Assembly: GCA_951406725.2 (NCBI GenBank)
Contig: OX597836.1
Location: 20,088,001-20,152,000, forward strand
Length of the DNA: 64,000 nt
Source of the DNA: Octopus vulgaris
Taxonomy: Eukaryota
Direction of reading: 5' to 3'
Below are positions 37,101 through 50,788 of this stretch, one piece after another (position 1 is the stretch's first letter; each line of letters begins with the position of its first letter). The translations under genes and the position numbers were made by a program. The notes beneath the pieces are model-generated. The model searched no databases and had not been told where the DNA came from. It was given only the letters and a program-made list of their open reading frames with translations.

Positions 37101-39439
37101 TTAATGATTTTTACATCTAAAATATGGGGGGCTGCATTATGTTTAATATCGCATTGTCTTCGATTTAATACAATATACATACATACATATAAATATTCAC
37201 ACACATACGTGTAGCACGCAAACATACGTATATGTGTGCTGAGAATCTCGCTCTAGTTATTTCTGGTATGCATTTTGGGTTTCATTTAACCGAGCAAAGC
37301 AAAGATTCCATCATCGACTCGACTTCCCTGTCTGTGTGTTCGTGACAAGTCATGCTTTTCTTTCTTTAAAACATTTGTTTATCGTTGAAGCCATGCTCCC
37401 CACTTTTCATGTTTCTTCTATTTCTCACTCTTTCACTCTCTTTTTCATTCATCCATAATAAATACATCTATCTTCTTTCTTTCTCTATCTCTCCCCACCT
37501 CTATATAGATTCATATAAATACTATATATATATATATATGTTCTAATTATAATCAGATTCTATTAGTGGTGCTGTGAGTTTTCGTTTTCGGTTGAGTTTT
37601 ATTAGTTTATGAGAAAATAAAGAGAAAATGAAATGAATCGATCCTGCTTATCTTGGTGTTTCCAAAAAAAAAAGAAATAAGGCACAGTCTTAGAGAACGG
37701 CTATTTCTATTTGTCATCGTAGTATTTTCTTGCAGTTCTTAATCTTTCCATCTTCCTTTCCCCCTTCTCTTCTCAGCTTGGTTTGTAAAACCCTGTTTTC
37801 TGTATTTAAGGAACTGTCTTTGCCCCCCCCCTCCTCCCGATCCATACATCAACGAAAGAAGACAACGTGTGTGTGTGTGTATATTTAGCTATTTTTCGCC
37901 TTTCTGCCTTAGCTCACCCGACCCCACACCTTTATTCTTCGGGTTTTATGAGGCTTTTTTTTTTTCGATTTTTGTTTTCGTTCCCTGAAACCATACACTG
38001 TCAAATATGATTCCTTACTAAAACTTAGGGCAGAATTTTTTTTTGTGGGATGAGATTTTGTGATACTCATGCATTTCCAAAAGACGTTAACGACGTGAGT
38101 AAACAATAGCATTTGAACCACAACGACCAAGAATAAAAACTGGTGTATAAATTTAATTTATAAATAATCCCCCCCACCTCTCTCTCCACCCACAATTACT
38201 AATATTTTTTTTTTATCTCTTACTTGTTTCAGTCTTTAGACGGTGGCCAAAATACGTACTGGTGTCGAATAAATCGACCCCCAGTACTTATTTTTTTAAA
38301 GCCTGCTACTACTTATTCTATAGGTCGCTTTTGCCGAACCGCTATGTTATGGGGATATCAAGCAGTGATGGTGGACGAATACAGACACAAAGAAACACAC
38401 ACACACACAATTTCCATCTACTAAAATTCACTCAGAAAGCTTTGGTCGGCCTCAGTCTGTAGTAGAAGACACTTCCCCCATGGTGTCATCTAGTGGGACT
38501 GAACTTGGGAGCACACTTCTTACTACACAGCTGCGTCTGCTGGCCTTAATAGTAAAGCTTAGTAGTTATTTTGACTAGTTGCTTAAGACAAATTAAAAAA
38601 AAAAAAAGACATTTAATAAATGAATCATAAATTCTAATTTATATTATACCATCTCCGACTTAAAAAAACCCCAAAAAAACACACTAGTATAGAATATGAT
38701 TCACATCATCATCATTTTGTTGTTATATGATGGCAGAAAACCAAAATTAGCAGAAATGAGAGCTACTGAATTGTAATGTGAAATCAATAGTATGTAAATA
38801 TTGTGTATGTGTGTGTGTGTGTGTGTGATATTTTGGGGAAAGTCTGTGCAATCAATCACGGTATAAATAGATACTAACAAAAATAATGATCTGAATATTG
38901 ATGACTTACTGCAATCTGAAACTACAACACATTCATTGTAAATAAAGCACACACACACACACACATGAAATTTAAAAAACAAACAAACAAACCAATCAAA
39001 AGTACTAAGATTTCGGTTCAAGCTTAGAGTTACATACTCCCCCCCATCCTTTCTTCCTCCTGTGGCCTTTCAGTAGAACTATCTATCTCAAATTCATTCA
39101 ACCACGGAAACTACCATTTTTTATTTTTATCTTGTTGAAATGAGGTTAAAATGGATTATTGGTGCTCTTTGTTGCTGCTGTTGTTGTTGTTGTTTTAACC
39201 CAAGGTCGACTTTGATGGAATACACCTGTGGTCAAAGGGACTCCAGCCATGAACATCCTACTTTTTTTTTTGATATTCAAACAATTTATCTATGACTATA
39301 TTATCCAATGTGTCCCAGTTTGTCTCCTTTTAAACATAGTATATCTATCATCATCATCATCATCCATTTTTCCATACTAGCATGGCTAAAATTGCAGCAG
39401 ACTCCAATCTATTTTGGCTTGGTTTCTGCAGCTGGATCA

Positions 39440-39960
39440 TCATCATTGTTTAACGTCCGCTTTCCATGCTAGCATGGGTTGGACGATTTTGACTGAGGGC
39501 TGGCGAACCAGATGGCTGCACCAGGCTCCAGTCTTGATCTGGCAAAGTTTCTACAGCTGGATGCCCTTCCTAACGCCAGCCACTCCGAGAGTGTAGTGGG
39601 TGCTTTTTACGTACCACTGGAACGGGGGCCAGTCAGGCGGTACTGGCAATGACCTCGCTCAAATCTTTTTACACATGCCACCGGCACAGGTGCCAGTAAG
39701 GCAATGTTGGTAACGATCACGCTCGAATGGTGCCCTTTTATGTGTCACCGGCACGGAAGCCAGTTGGTTGCTCTGGTAACAATCACGCTCGAATGGTGCT
39801 CTTGGCGCCCTACTAGCATGGGCACAAGTGCCAGTAAGGCGACGCTGGTAATGATCACACTCGAATGGTGCCCTTTTCTGTGCCACTGGTACAGAAGCCG
39901 GTCAGCTGCTGTGTCAAACGATCACACTCGTATGGTGCTCTTTGCAACCTGCTAGCACGG
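39440..39960 (-). mobile_element. SINE-like family C variant with expanded internal ~65-bp subrepeats
   Basis: Family C core plus repeated AACGATCACGCTCGAATGGTGC. Other family C copies at 40435-40812, 46895-47340, 52716-53107, 63735-63885(+). Confidence 0.8.
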
Positions 39961-41361
39961 ATGCCAGTCATCGGTCCTTCCTAATGCCAACCACTTCACA
40001 GAGTGTACTGGGTGCCTTTTACATGTCACCAGCACTAGTCATAACTACAATTTCACTTAGCTTGACATGTCTTCTCGAGCACAGCAAATCACCAAATGTC
40101 TTCATCACTTGTCTGTCATCACCTTCAACAGACTCAACATCCAAAGATCATACTTCACCACTTTGTTGCACATCCTTGGGTCTCCCTCTTCCACAGATTC
40201 CCCTCCACAGAGATCAGCACTTCTTTATGCAGCTGCCCTTGTCCACATGCATCACATTACCATACCAGCACAGTCTTCTCTCTTGTGCACATCTGATGCT
40301 CTTATACTTGTATCTATGGTTTCATTATCTAATGTGTACCTCTTTTTTTTTTCATTTTAAATTGATGAGGTGTAATTTGAGTGAGATTTGGTTACTATTT
40401 GTAGCAAATAGTTTGACTTGATCTCTCATGGTTTCATCATCATCATCATCGTTTAACATCTGTTCTCCATGCTAGCATGTGTTGGACGGTTTGACCGGGG
40501 ATCTGGGAAGCCAGAAGGCTGCACCAGGCTCCAGCCTGATCTGGCAGTGTTTCTACAGCTGGATGCCCTTCCTAACGCCAACCACTCCGTAAGTGTAGTG
40601 GGTGCTTTTTATGTGCCAGGCGAGGCTGGCAACGGCCATGATCGGATTGGTGCATTTTACGTGCCACTGGCACAGAAGCCAGTCAAGGTGACGCTGGCAT
40701 TGGCCATGATTTGGATGGTGAATTTTATGTGCCACCGGCATGGAAGCCAGTCTAGGCGGCGCTGGCATCGGCCACGTTCAGATGGTGCTTTTTACGTGCC
40801 ACCAGCACAGGGATCATTGTATGTAAATTGTTGTAGTTGTTGTTTAGCTCCAGGCTAGTACTGTTGAGATGACCCCTGACCCTGACATGATGATCATTTT
40901 TAAAAAATACTTTTCAAGTCCCGTAATCCTGTATTATGTATTATTAGAGGTGTTCTTTTCCTTTTAAGATACCAAGATGTAATTTGAGATTTGACTGGTA
41001 TTGTTAAGAGGTTGAGCAGTTACATATAGAGTTCTCTGTGGATACATGCAGTTCATAATTTATATCTGAGATGCAAGATTTTTACTGCTCTGACTATGAT
41101 CAGCAACCCTTCTGTAAACCTTTAGCATTTAAACTGGCCATATCAGGCCCAAATATTTTCCCTGTTCTATGTTCAAACCATCTACATCCTGCCTCTCACT
41201 TCTACCCTGCAATGTATTTCTGAAAATATACAATCACATCATCAAAACTTTGAAAATATAAGATAATGCATGATTAATTCTAAACAGTGTGAATAAATAA
41301 GTGTTACATTTTGACAGAGTAATTTGAATGCTTAAGATCAGGGGAAACCTTTTGGTGGTTA

Positions 41362-41747
41362 CTCTTACTCTTTTACTTGTTTCAGTCATGCTGGAGCACC
41401 GCCTTTAGTCGAGCAAATCGACCCCGGAACTTATTCTTTGTAAGCCCAGTACTTATTCTATCGGTCTCTTTTGCCGAACCACTAAGTGACGGGGACGTAA
41501 ACACACCAGCATCGGTTTTCAAGCAATGCTAGGGGGACAAACACAGACACATACATATATGTATATATATATATACATATATACGACGGGCTTCTTTCAG
41601 TTTCCGTCAACCAAATCCACTCACAAAGCTTTGGTCGGCCCGAGGCTATAGTAGAAGACACTTGCCCAAGATGCCATGCAGTGGGACTGAACCCGGAACC
41701 ATGTGGTTGGTAAGCAAGCTACTTACTACACAGCCACTCCTGCGCCT
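41362..41747 (-). mobile_element. SINE family A, near full length
   Basis: Same sequence as 17590-17966. Other copies at 46140-46520(-), 49530-49935(+), 53245-53660(-), 58694-59075(+), 61790-62160(+), 63190-63627(-). Confidence 0.9.
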
Positions 41748-41809
41748 ATTAATCAACTTTTTATTGAAGTCTTCATTAAGTTCACAACCTATTCCTGCTC
41801 CTAATCCCT

Positions 41810-42270
41810 CTTCATCATCAGCCATGTGCCTTTCCTGTGTCCAGGAGTTAGCTTGCCAAGACTCTCCACCTCCCTCTGTTATACTGCATGATTACAATCA
41901 GCCAAGCTCTTGTTTCCAATCCATTCTTTGATGTTGTCACTCCACAAATGTCTTTGATGGCCTCCTCTTCTCTTCCTACTTCTAGTTAGAATGGTTGTGA
42001 GCAATGACTTATGGCATATTGTATGTCCAAGATATAGTTTTGTGGACTTGATTCTTAACAATATGTGTCTGGACTTTTAGCTTTTCTAGTACTGCGGCAT
42101 TTGTTACCCTAACTTTTTAGCTTACTCTACCCAATCTACAAAAGATCCACATCTCAAAGGTATCTATCATCTTTTCCATTGCTCTGTACATTGTCCATGT
42201 TTCTGCTCCATAGAAGACAGTTAACATAATATAACAGCTTATAATATAATGTCCTCATACATATCCTTTA
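41810..42270 (-). mobile_element. RTE-clade LINE 3' fragment
   Basis: Minus strand CYIMLTVFYGAETWTM...IDTFEMWIFCRL and YLGH...RRGG....WSDNIKEW match RTE ORF C-terminal motifs. Confidence 0.8.
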
Positions 42271-43364
42271 AAACATACATTCATTCATTAGGTACAAGTA
42301 AGGCTGTGTGGTTACGAAGTTTCCTTCATAAGCATTTGGTTTTAGTTCAGTTTCACTCTGTGTGTGTGCATGCATGCAATTACAGGTACACACAAATTGA
42401 ATTTATAAAAAGAAACTTCCATCAAAATTTCATATTTAATCAAGTTGCAAAGATCAGTTTAATAACGACAAAATTATTTTAGTAAATTCTTCATTATTTC
42501 AAATTCCACAAGCCTTCTGTTCTAGACTGGTATTTTATTTATCCCTAACTTAACTCGGAAGGATGAAAGGTAAAGTTGATCCAGGCAGAATTTGAACCCA
42601 AAATGCAATAAATTGGAATAAATACTGCAAAATATTTTATCCAATGCTCAAATGACTCTGCTAAATCACCAGAATGACATTGCAAGTGGTTGAATATTCC
42701 ACAGACACTAGTTCCTTTTGTGTATTTCTCAGGCAGTATTGTTGTTACACTGTATGTGCGTGTGTGTCAAGGCTGAGCCTTTCAATTACAGGTACAATAC
42801 ACCTTATTTTTACAAAGTAAATAACTGAATATCTAATGTCCTCTTAACAAAATCCTCAGAGTGGCAGAGGGTGTGATAAGGCTAAGCCCTTTGAATCACA
42901 AGTGCAGTCCATATGATGGGCTTCTTCCCAGATACTGTGTACCCAGTTTCATTCTGAAGGTTTGATTTGACCCAGGAAGTATACTATACTGGAGGAAGTA
43001 AACATTCTCAGGGTGCAGTGAGACTTTGTAATTAACCATTCAGCCATACCCACATCAGTAAAAATGTATATAAATGCTCCCCCGCGCCACCCATTCTAGT
43101 CACCAAACCTGCTCTGAGTAAAAATACAATGTCCTTGATGCTGTGTTAAAATCAGTAATGTAAGCCAATTAAACCTGCTAATAATGTACGCTACTGTTGC
43201 TGCTTATGAACTGAGAACCTGGTCACCTGTTGCATTTACCGACAGCTTTTGTGCGGGGGCTTGACGTTTTACAAAAGCCATCAAATTCTTTCAGATCATA
43301 TTGTAGCATTTCACAGAACCAAAATGTTATGGTTCCGTGGAGGTAAAATAATGGTGTTTTTTAA

Positions 43365-43586
43365 CCCTTTAGCATTTAAACCGGCCATATCCGGCCAAAA
43401 GTATTCTGCCTGTTTTATGTTCAAACTGGCCAGATCTGGTCTCTCACACCAACCCTACAATATCGTTTTAAAAATTAACAGCTACCTCATCAAAATCTCA
43501 TAACTGCAAGATTAATGCATGATTAGTTCAAAACAATGTGGATGAAAAAAGATTAATTTAGGCAGAATAATGTGAACACCAAAGGG
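43365..43586. mobile_element. piggyBac-type MITE
   Basis: TTAA-CCCTTTAGCATT...CCAAAGGG-TTAA. Related copies at ~41115-41335, 47733-48212, 54670-54885, 59466-59679. Confidence 0.8.
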
Positions 43587-44146
43587 TTAATAAAATATAA
43601 CGAAAATTTATTTTATAAGTAAAAGAGGCACACTAATTCATCTTATGCAGACTGTTGTTGCTTAGCCCCAGGTCAATTTAAGATGTGTGGTTGAAGTCTA
43701 CCCTCAAGCCATCCCTACTTTTTTCTTGTTAAAGATTAGCTGTACCCTTTTAAAGATGGTAAGGAGGAGCTATTTTTAGCATGTTGGGTGGCCTCTATTG
43801 TTGTTGGTCCCCAGATCAACCAGGATTTAACAGAGAGGCAATCAAAAGCATTCCACTGATGACTACCTTGCTTTTCTTTCTTTCAAGATGGTAAGGTGTA
43901 ATACGGCGAGCTGGCAGAAACGTTAGCATGCCAGGCGAAATGCTAAGCAGTATTTCGTCTGCCGTTACATTCTGAGTTCAAATTCCGCCAAGGTCGACTT
44001 TGACTTTCGTCCTTTCGGGGTCAATAAATTAAGGACCAGTTACGCACTGGGGTCGATGTAATCGACTTGATCCGTTTGTCTGTTTTTGTTTGTCCTTTCT
44101 GTGTTTAGCCCCTTGTGGGTAGTAAAGAAATAGGTAAGGTGTAATA

Positions 44147-44793
44147 CCGTGGTTCTCAACCAAAGTCCATATGCCCCCCCCCTCGGGGTTGGGGGTATAT
44201 GTAAAACTTTTGGGGTCCACACAAGCAAAATGGTAAATTGCAAAAGAAAAAACAGCTGAGTTTCCTTCAAAATTTTCAACCTACACAAATTAATATGTGA
44301 AAAACAAAATAGGTGTTTTACATAGTTCAACCTAGTGCAGGCATATGGCCTAGTGGTTAGAGCAGTGGACTCGCAGTCGGGGGATCGCGGGTTCGAATCT
44401 CAGACCGGGCAATGTATGTGTTTATGAGTGAAACACCTAAGCTCCACGTGGCTCCGGCAGAAGGTAATGGCGAGACTTCTGCTGACTCTTTCGCCACAAC
44501 TTTCTCTCACTCTTTCCTCCTGCATCTTGCAGCTCACCTGTGAAGGACCGGCGTCCCATCCAGGTGGGGAACCTATATGCCAAGAAACCGGGAAACTGGC
44601 CCTTATGAGCCAGGCATGGCTTGAGAAGGAACAAACAAACAAATAGTTCAACCTACACAAGTTAATATGTGATAAACAAAACGGGAATTTTTAAAGAAGT
44701 CTTTAAACATCGAGTGACTATGGGTGGTGTGGCCCACCGGAATAAAATAGTAACTAAAGGAGCCCATTGACAAAAAATGGTTGAGAATCACTG
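44147..44793. mobile_element. hAT (Charlie-like) MITE with a nested SINE
   Basis: Ends CCGTGGTTCTCAACCA / TGGTTGAGAATCACTG; 8-bp TSD GTGTAATA/GTGTAATG. Confidence 0.75.
44335..44642 (+). mobile_element. tRNA-derived SINE (fourth family, single copy here)
   Basis: A box TGGCCTAGTGG, B box GGTTCGAATCT, (AAAC)n tail, 13-bp TSD ATAGTTCAACCTA (44322-44334 and 44643-44655). Confidence 0.85.
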
Positions 44794-45009
44794 GTGTAAT
44801 GCAAGAGATTTGGCTGCTATTTCTTGCATGACTAGCTCATGACTCAATGTTTTTTTGTTTCTTTTTGTATCCATTGAAGAAGACAAGATAGAATAAATTA
44901 TAAAAATGCTTTTTTGCTAATGATGTTAAATAAATTAGTCTTATCATTTATTGATTATCATGTGTATATTGCGATGCACTCATTAGCTATCTCAGTGTCT
45001 ACACAGTCA

Positions 45010-45057
<48 letters not shown>

Positions 45058-45309
45058 AGCTTTCTTAGTGTGTTGCTTATATATTTCTATAGATGTTTTA
45101 TTCATCTATATATTTAGAAACAATGGCCATTTCGCTGCTATTGTGAACAAACTATAGATAGATGGCTATTTATATTGCTGGGGAAGAGTAAGTGACTGAG
45201 TGGAGTCTCACCTGTATTAGAAGCTGGGGTCTGGGCCAGTTTAGAGCCTGGTGTAAGACTTCTTGCCAGTTTTTTAAATTAGAAACAGAGAAAATCAGGC
45301 AGCAAAAGT

Positions 45310-45850
45310 GCTGTCTGTCTGTCTGTCATTCTTCCTCTTTGTTTGTCTATTTGTCTTTGCTTGTCTGTCTGTCTCTCTGTTTGGCTATCTGTCTCTATCT
45401 CTCTCTCTTTCACTTTGTCTCCATTGGTCTGCCTGTCTCTGTCAGACCTTGGTCTGTCTCTATCTGTCCCTGTCTCTGCCTGCCTGTCCTTGTCTGTCTC
45501 CTTTGGTTCATCTCTCTCTGCCAGTCTATGTTTCCCTGTCTCTGACTGCCTATTTTTGTCTGTCTCCCTGTTAGTCTGTCTGTCTGTCTCTGCCTATGTT
45601 TATCTGCCTCTATCTGTCTACCTTTACCTGTCTGTCTACCTTTACCTGTCTGTCTACCTTTACCTGTCTGTCTACCTCTACCTGTCTGTCTGCCTCTCCC
45701 TGTCTGTCTGTCTCCCTTGGTTTGTCAGTGCCTGCCAGTCTAATGTTTCTCTGACTCTGTCTGTCTCTGCTTGTCTCTCTTTGTCTGTCTGTCTCTCCAT
45801 GATTCTGCCTGTCTGTTTGTCTGTCTTCCTCTTTCTATCTCTTTCTGTTT
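45310..45850. repeat. Pyrimidine-rich (CTGT)n low-complexity tract including an 18-bp tandem TCTGTCTACCTTTACCTG x4
   Basis: Directly visible. Confidence 0.9.
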
Positions 45851-47732
45851 TGTACTCTTAAGTAAGGTCCTTCATTTCACATTGCTCCAGTCTTCTCAGT
45901 TGTAAATAAGTCCCAGCTAAGAGCTGGTGCAGCTCATTCTTTCTCAGCTGTCATCACTGGATGTGCTTCAGTGGGTTTGAGTGGGTGTCTATGTCTGCTC
46001 ATGACTACATAGGCTTCTATAACAATAAAAGGAAGTATGGTGCATGTTATCAGGTTATACTTGCTTATGAATAATGGCTGGTTGCAATGCAGACCTGTCT
46101 ATCCATGTCAGCATTGAAAATTATCATCATCATTAATTCTCTTTACTCTTTTACTCGTTTCAGTCATTTGACTGCGGCCATGCTGGAGCACCGCCTTTAG
46201 TCAAGCAAATCGACTCTGGGACTTATTCTTTGTTAGCCCAGTACTTATTCTATCAGTCTCTTTTGCCGAACTGCTAAGTGACGGGGACGTAAACACACCA
46301 GCATCAGTTGTCAAGCAATGCTATGGGGACAAACACAAATATACACACACACATAGATATATATACGACGGGCTTCTTTCAGTTTCCGTCTACCGAATCC
46401 ACTCACAAGGCTTTGGTTGGTCTCGAGGCTATAGTAGAAGACACTTGCCCATAGTGCCACGCAGTGGGACTGAACCCAGAACCATGTGGTTGTTAAGCCA
46501 GCTACTTACCACACAGCCACTTTTCCATGCTTGAATGGGTCAGACAGAATTCATCAAGGCAGATTTTCTACACCCAGATACCTTTCTTATTACCAACTCT
46601 CACCTGTTTCCCAGCAAGGTAATATTTCCCCAGGTATGCTTTTCACTGATGTCTGGACATGAATATTACTTGTATGATAGTAATGCTCATTTATAACCAT
46701 GTAATGTGCACTATAGGCTTCTTTCAATTTTGTCTCCCAAATCCATTCAGTTCAAAGCTACAGTAGAAAGCATTTGCCCAAGGTGCCATACAATAGGACC
46801 AAACTCGAGACCACATGGTTGGGAAGCAAGCCTCTTAAACACACTGTTACAACTCTGCTTTAAAACAAGGGTCATTTGGGATATAAACCCAAGATCATCA
46901 TCGTTTAACGTCCGTTCTCCATGCTAGCATGGGTTGGACGATTCGACCGGGGATCTGGGAAGCCAGAAGGCTGCACCAGGCTCCAGTCTGATCTGGCAGT
47001 GTTTCTACAGCTGGATGCCCTTCCTAACGCCAACCACTCCATGAGTGTAGTGGGTGCTTTTTACATGCCACCTGCACAGGTGCCAGGCGAGGCTGGCATC
47101 GGCCACAATTCAGATGGTGCTTTTTGCGTGCCACCGGCACGGAAGCCAGTCAAGGCAGCACTGGCATCGGCCACGATTCGGATAGTGCTTTTTACGTGCC
47201 ACCGGCACGGAAGCCAGTCTAGGCGGCGCTGGCATCGGTCACATTAGATGGTGCTTTTATGTGCCACTGTCTCAGGGATCACAACTGCAGTTTCCATTGA
47301 TTTTGATGTTGGTGTACTTGACTCAATGGATCTCCTCAAGCACAGGGTCAGAAAAGAGTTTATGGGTGAAATGAGCCAAATCAAAGGGCTATGATACTTT
47401 GGTTGTAGTATTGGTCATATCATGGAATAAATTATTTTGTCATGAGAAAGAATAGATTTATTTTCAATCTCAAAGGTGAAATAATTTATTCCAGTTCATG
47501 TACATTTTGTAACCTCTATTCACAGACACAGGTGTATAGTCTATTTAGTTTGATCATATCTGTTAATGGCTTCGTATCTCTTCCCACCCTAACCACTTAC
47601 TCATCTCTCCACTTATCAGCTCCCCCACTCCACATCCAGTTCTTCACAAACCATCATCTCCAGTCCTTCCTTCTCAGAACATTCCACCCACTGGAATGTC
47701 TTTCCTGCAGGTGTTGACCTGCAGCATTTTAA

Positions 47733-48212
47733 CCCTTTAGCATTTTTAAATTTAAAGTGGTTGTATCTGGCCAAAATATTCTGCCTATTTTTTATGTTCA
47801 TACTGACCAGATCTGCCTTATAATCTCATTCTACCTTATAATCTCATTCTAACAATAATGTTGTTGCCAGCGCCGCCTCGACTGGCTTCCGTGCCGGTCG
47901 CACGTAAAATGCACCAATCCGACCGTGGCCGTTGCCAGCCTCGCCTAGCACCTGTGCAGGTGGCACGTAAAAGTCACCCACTACACTCACGGAGTGGTTG
48001 GCGTTAGGAAGGGCATCCAGCTGTAGAAACACTGCCAGATAAGACTGGAGCCTGGTGCAGCCTTCTGGCTTCCCAGATGATGGCTTAAATGATGATGATG
48101 ATGGTGATGATGATCAGTGAATTCTCAAAACTGCAAGATAATGCATGATTAATTCAAAACAATGTGGATGAAAAAACATTACATTTGACTGAATAATCTG
48201 AATGCTAAAGGG
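47733..48212. mobile_element. piggyBac-type MITE interrupted by a family C SINE (~47862-48113)
   Basis: TTAA-CCCTTTAGCATT ... AATGCTAAAGGG-TTAA, with family C sequence inside. Confidence 0.8.
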
Positions 48213-48784
48213 TTAAGCAGAACTTTGACTTAGCAGCTTCAAACTCTCTGGGTCTTAAAGGGTCTTGTAATGCCTGTAGAGATTTGGGGTACTGCCAACT
48301 TCCTCCACACTCAGCAACTTTACAAAATTCCTGAAATCTAAACTCTCTCTGTTTTTGTGTCACTGTACTTTGTAAAAGAATGCTATTATTCTTATATTTT
48401 GAAAATCTTCATGATTTATTCCATGTGTCCATAACAGATCCTATGAGCCATTTCTATGTAGTGTGTAAACTCAAGTTGATTAGGAAGTGGCAAATATTTG
48501 TGTGGCTCCCAAGGCGGTGAGCTGGCAGAAACGTTAGCACGCCGGGTGAAATGCGTAGCCGTATTTCGTCTGTCGTTACGTTCTGAGTTCAAATTCTGCC
48601 GAGGTCGACTTGGCCTTTCATCCTTTCAGGGTCGATAAATTAAGTACCGGTTACGCACTGGGGTCGATGTAATCGACTTAATCCCTTTGTCTGTCCTTGT
48701 TTGTCCCCTCTGTGTTTAGCCCCTTGTGGGTAGTAATGAAAAAAAAAATATTTGTGTGTGTATGTGTGTATGTATGTATGTATG

Positions 48785-48823
<39 letters not shown>

Positions 48824-48879
48824 GAAGTTGCTGGCATGGCTATGTAGTAAGAAGGAAGGTATGCAAAGGTGGACTGACT

Positions 48880-49040
48880 ACGTCCCAGGTAGAGGCCATG
48901 GGTTATGGCCTCACTTGTCCTGCCAGGTCTTCTCACACACAGCATACTTCCAAAGGTCTCGGTCTCTGGTCATTTCCTCGGTGAGACCTAAAGAGCGAAG
49001 GTCGTGCTTCACCACCTCATCCCAGGTTTTCCTGGGTCTC
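48880..49040 (-). mobile_element. RTE LINE extreme 3' fragment
   Basis: Minus strand RPRKTWDEVVKHDLRSLGLTEEMTRDRDLWKYAV; a related fragment lies at ~2215-2300. Confidence 0.75.
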
Positions 49041-50753
49041 TCTAACATATATATATATACACATACACACACACACATACAATGAATTTCCTACATGTGT
49101 GTGCATTGTTTTATTTACCATTTATATAATTGTAAGAATACATCAAAAAGGAGGGGGGCAGTGAGTGGGTTGAATCATTAGCATGCTGGGTGAAATGCTT
49201 AGTGGCATTTGTCCCGTCTGTATGTTCTGAGTTCAAATTCCACCAGGGTAACTTTGCCTTTCATCCGTTCCGGGTCGATGATATAAGTGCTAGTTGAATA
49301 CTGGGGTTGATTTAATCAGCTTAGTCCCTTTCACACACCTGCTGGACTTGTGCCAGAATTTGAAACCAATATGTCAAAAAGGCATATTATAGATGCTGGC
49401 AATCTGTGCTCAGACTGGATCGGATAACTAAAATCTGATGTCGAACAGGGAGGCACACATATGTTTTCAGTTAACTTTTTCATGCATCCTACATTAAATA
49501 TATTAACATCAAATTTTTTTTTTTTGATGTAGGCGCAGGAGTGGCTGTGTGATAAGTAGCTTGCTAACCAACCACATTGGCTCCGGGTTCAGTCCCACTG
49601 CGTGGCATCTTGTGCAAGTGTCTTCTGCTATAGCCTCGGGCCGACCAATGCCTTGTGAGTGTATTTGGTAGACGGAAACTGAAAGAAGCCTGTCGTATAT
49701 ATGTATATATATATATGTATGTGTGTGTGTTTGTGTGTCTGTGTTTGTCTCCCTAAAATTGCTTGACAACCGATGCTGGTGTGTTTACATCCCCGTCACT
49801 TAGCGGTTCGGCAAGAGAGACCGATAGAATAAGTACTGGGCTTACAAAGAATAAGTCCCGGGTTCGATTTGCTCGACTAAAGGTGGTGCTCCAGCATGGC
49901 CACAGTCAAATGACTGAAACAAGTAAATGAGTAAATAAGAATGAGTAATGGTATTGTATGTTTCGTAGGGCGGCAAGCTGGCAGAAACATTAGCACATCG
50001 GGCGAAATGCTAAGCAGTATTTCGTCTGCCATTACGTTCTGAGTTCAAATTCTACCGAGGTTGACTTTGCCTTTCATCCTTTCGGGGTCGATAAATTAAG
50101 TACCAGTTACGCACTGGGGGCGATATAATCGACTTAATCCGTTTGTCCTCTCTATGTTTAGCCCCTTGTGGGTAGTAAAGAAATAGGTATTGTATGTTCC
50201 TACAGCAACATATATGAAATTTTATACTTTTTATATAGCGATCCATTCATTTGAAACAACCTCAGCAAGTTTGGTGAAGAGTTATACTTTACTAAAGAGG
50301 CCAGAATAAGATCGCAATATGTCCCAGCTTTTTCCATTACTTTGCCCAATACAGTGAAAATATTTCTATGATATTAGTCATTTACCTACTTCAGTTTTTA
50401 AGGCTAAGTACATACTTTGCTAAAGGAGGCAGAATACAGATCCAAATTGACCCAGTCACTTGTATGATGCAATGAAAATAATAATACAATAATATTAGTC
50501 ATCTACATGCAATGTTGTTTTGGTTTTGTCTTTTGTTCCTCCCTGTGTAATTATTTATCATTTTTTGTGTTTTTTCCCTACGGTCTGGGCATGAAATATA
50601 TTAACACTTAACTTAAATATCAAATATTGTTCAGTTGATGTCATGATATCTTGGTTATGAAATACGGATGAGGTGGTGGTGGTGGTGGTGGTAGTAGTAG
50701 TAATAGTAGTTTGTAGCTCTTTTAATTGACAGTCATCATCATCACAATCATTG

Positions 50754-50787
<34 letters not shown>

Positions 50788-50788
50788 T

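Noticed and set aside
40469-40858. ORFs such as MLACVGRFDRGSGKPEGC... and MPKMPCSGTEPGTMW... recurring in the track
   Set aside because: Chance translations of SINE families C and A.
44341-44416. tRNA gene
   Set aside because: The tRNA-like head continues into a SINE body with an (AAAC)n tail and 13-bp TSD; no proper acceptor stem or terminator.
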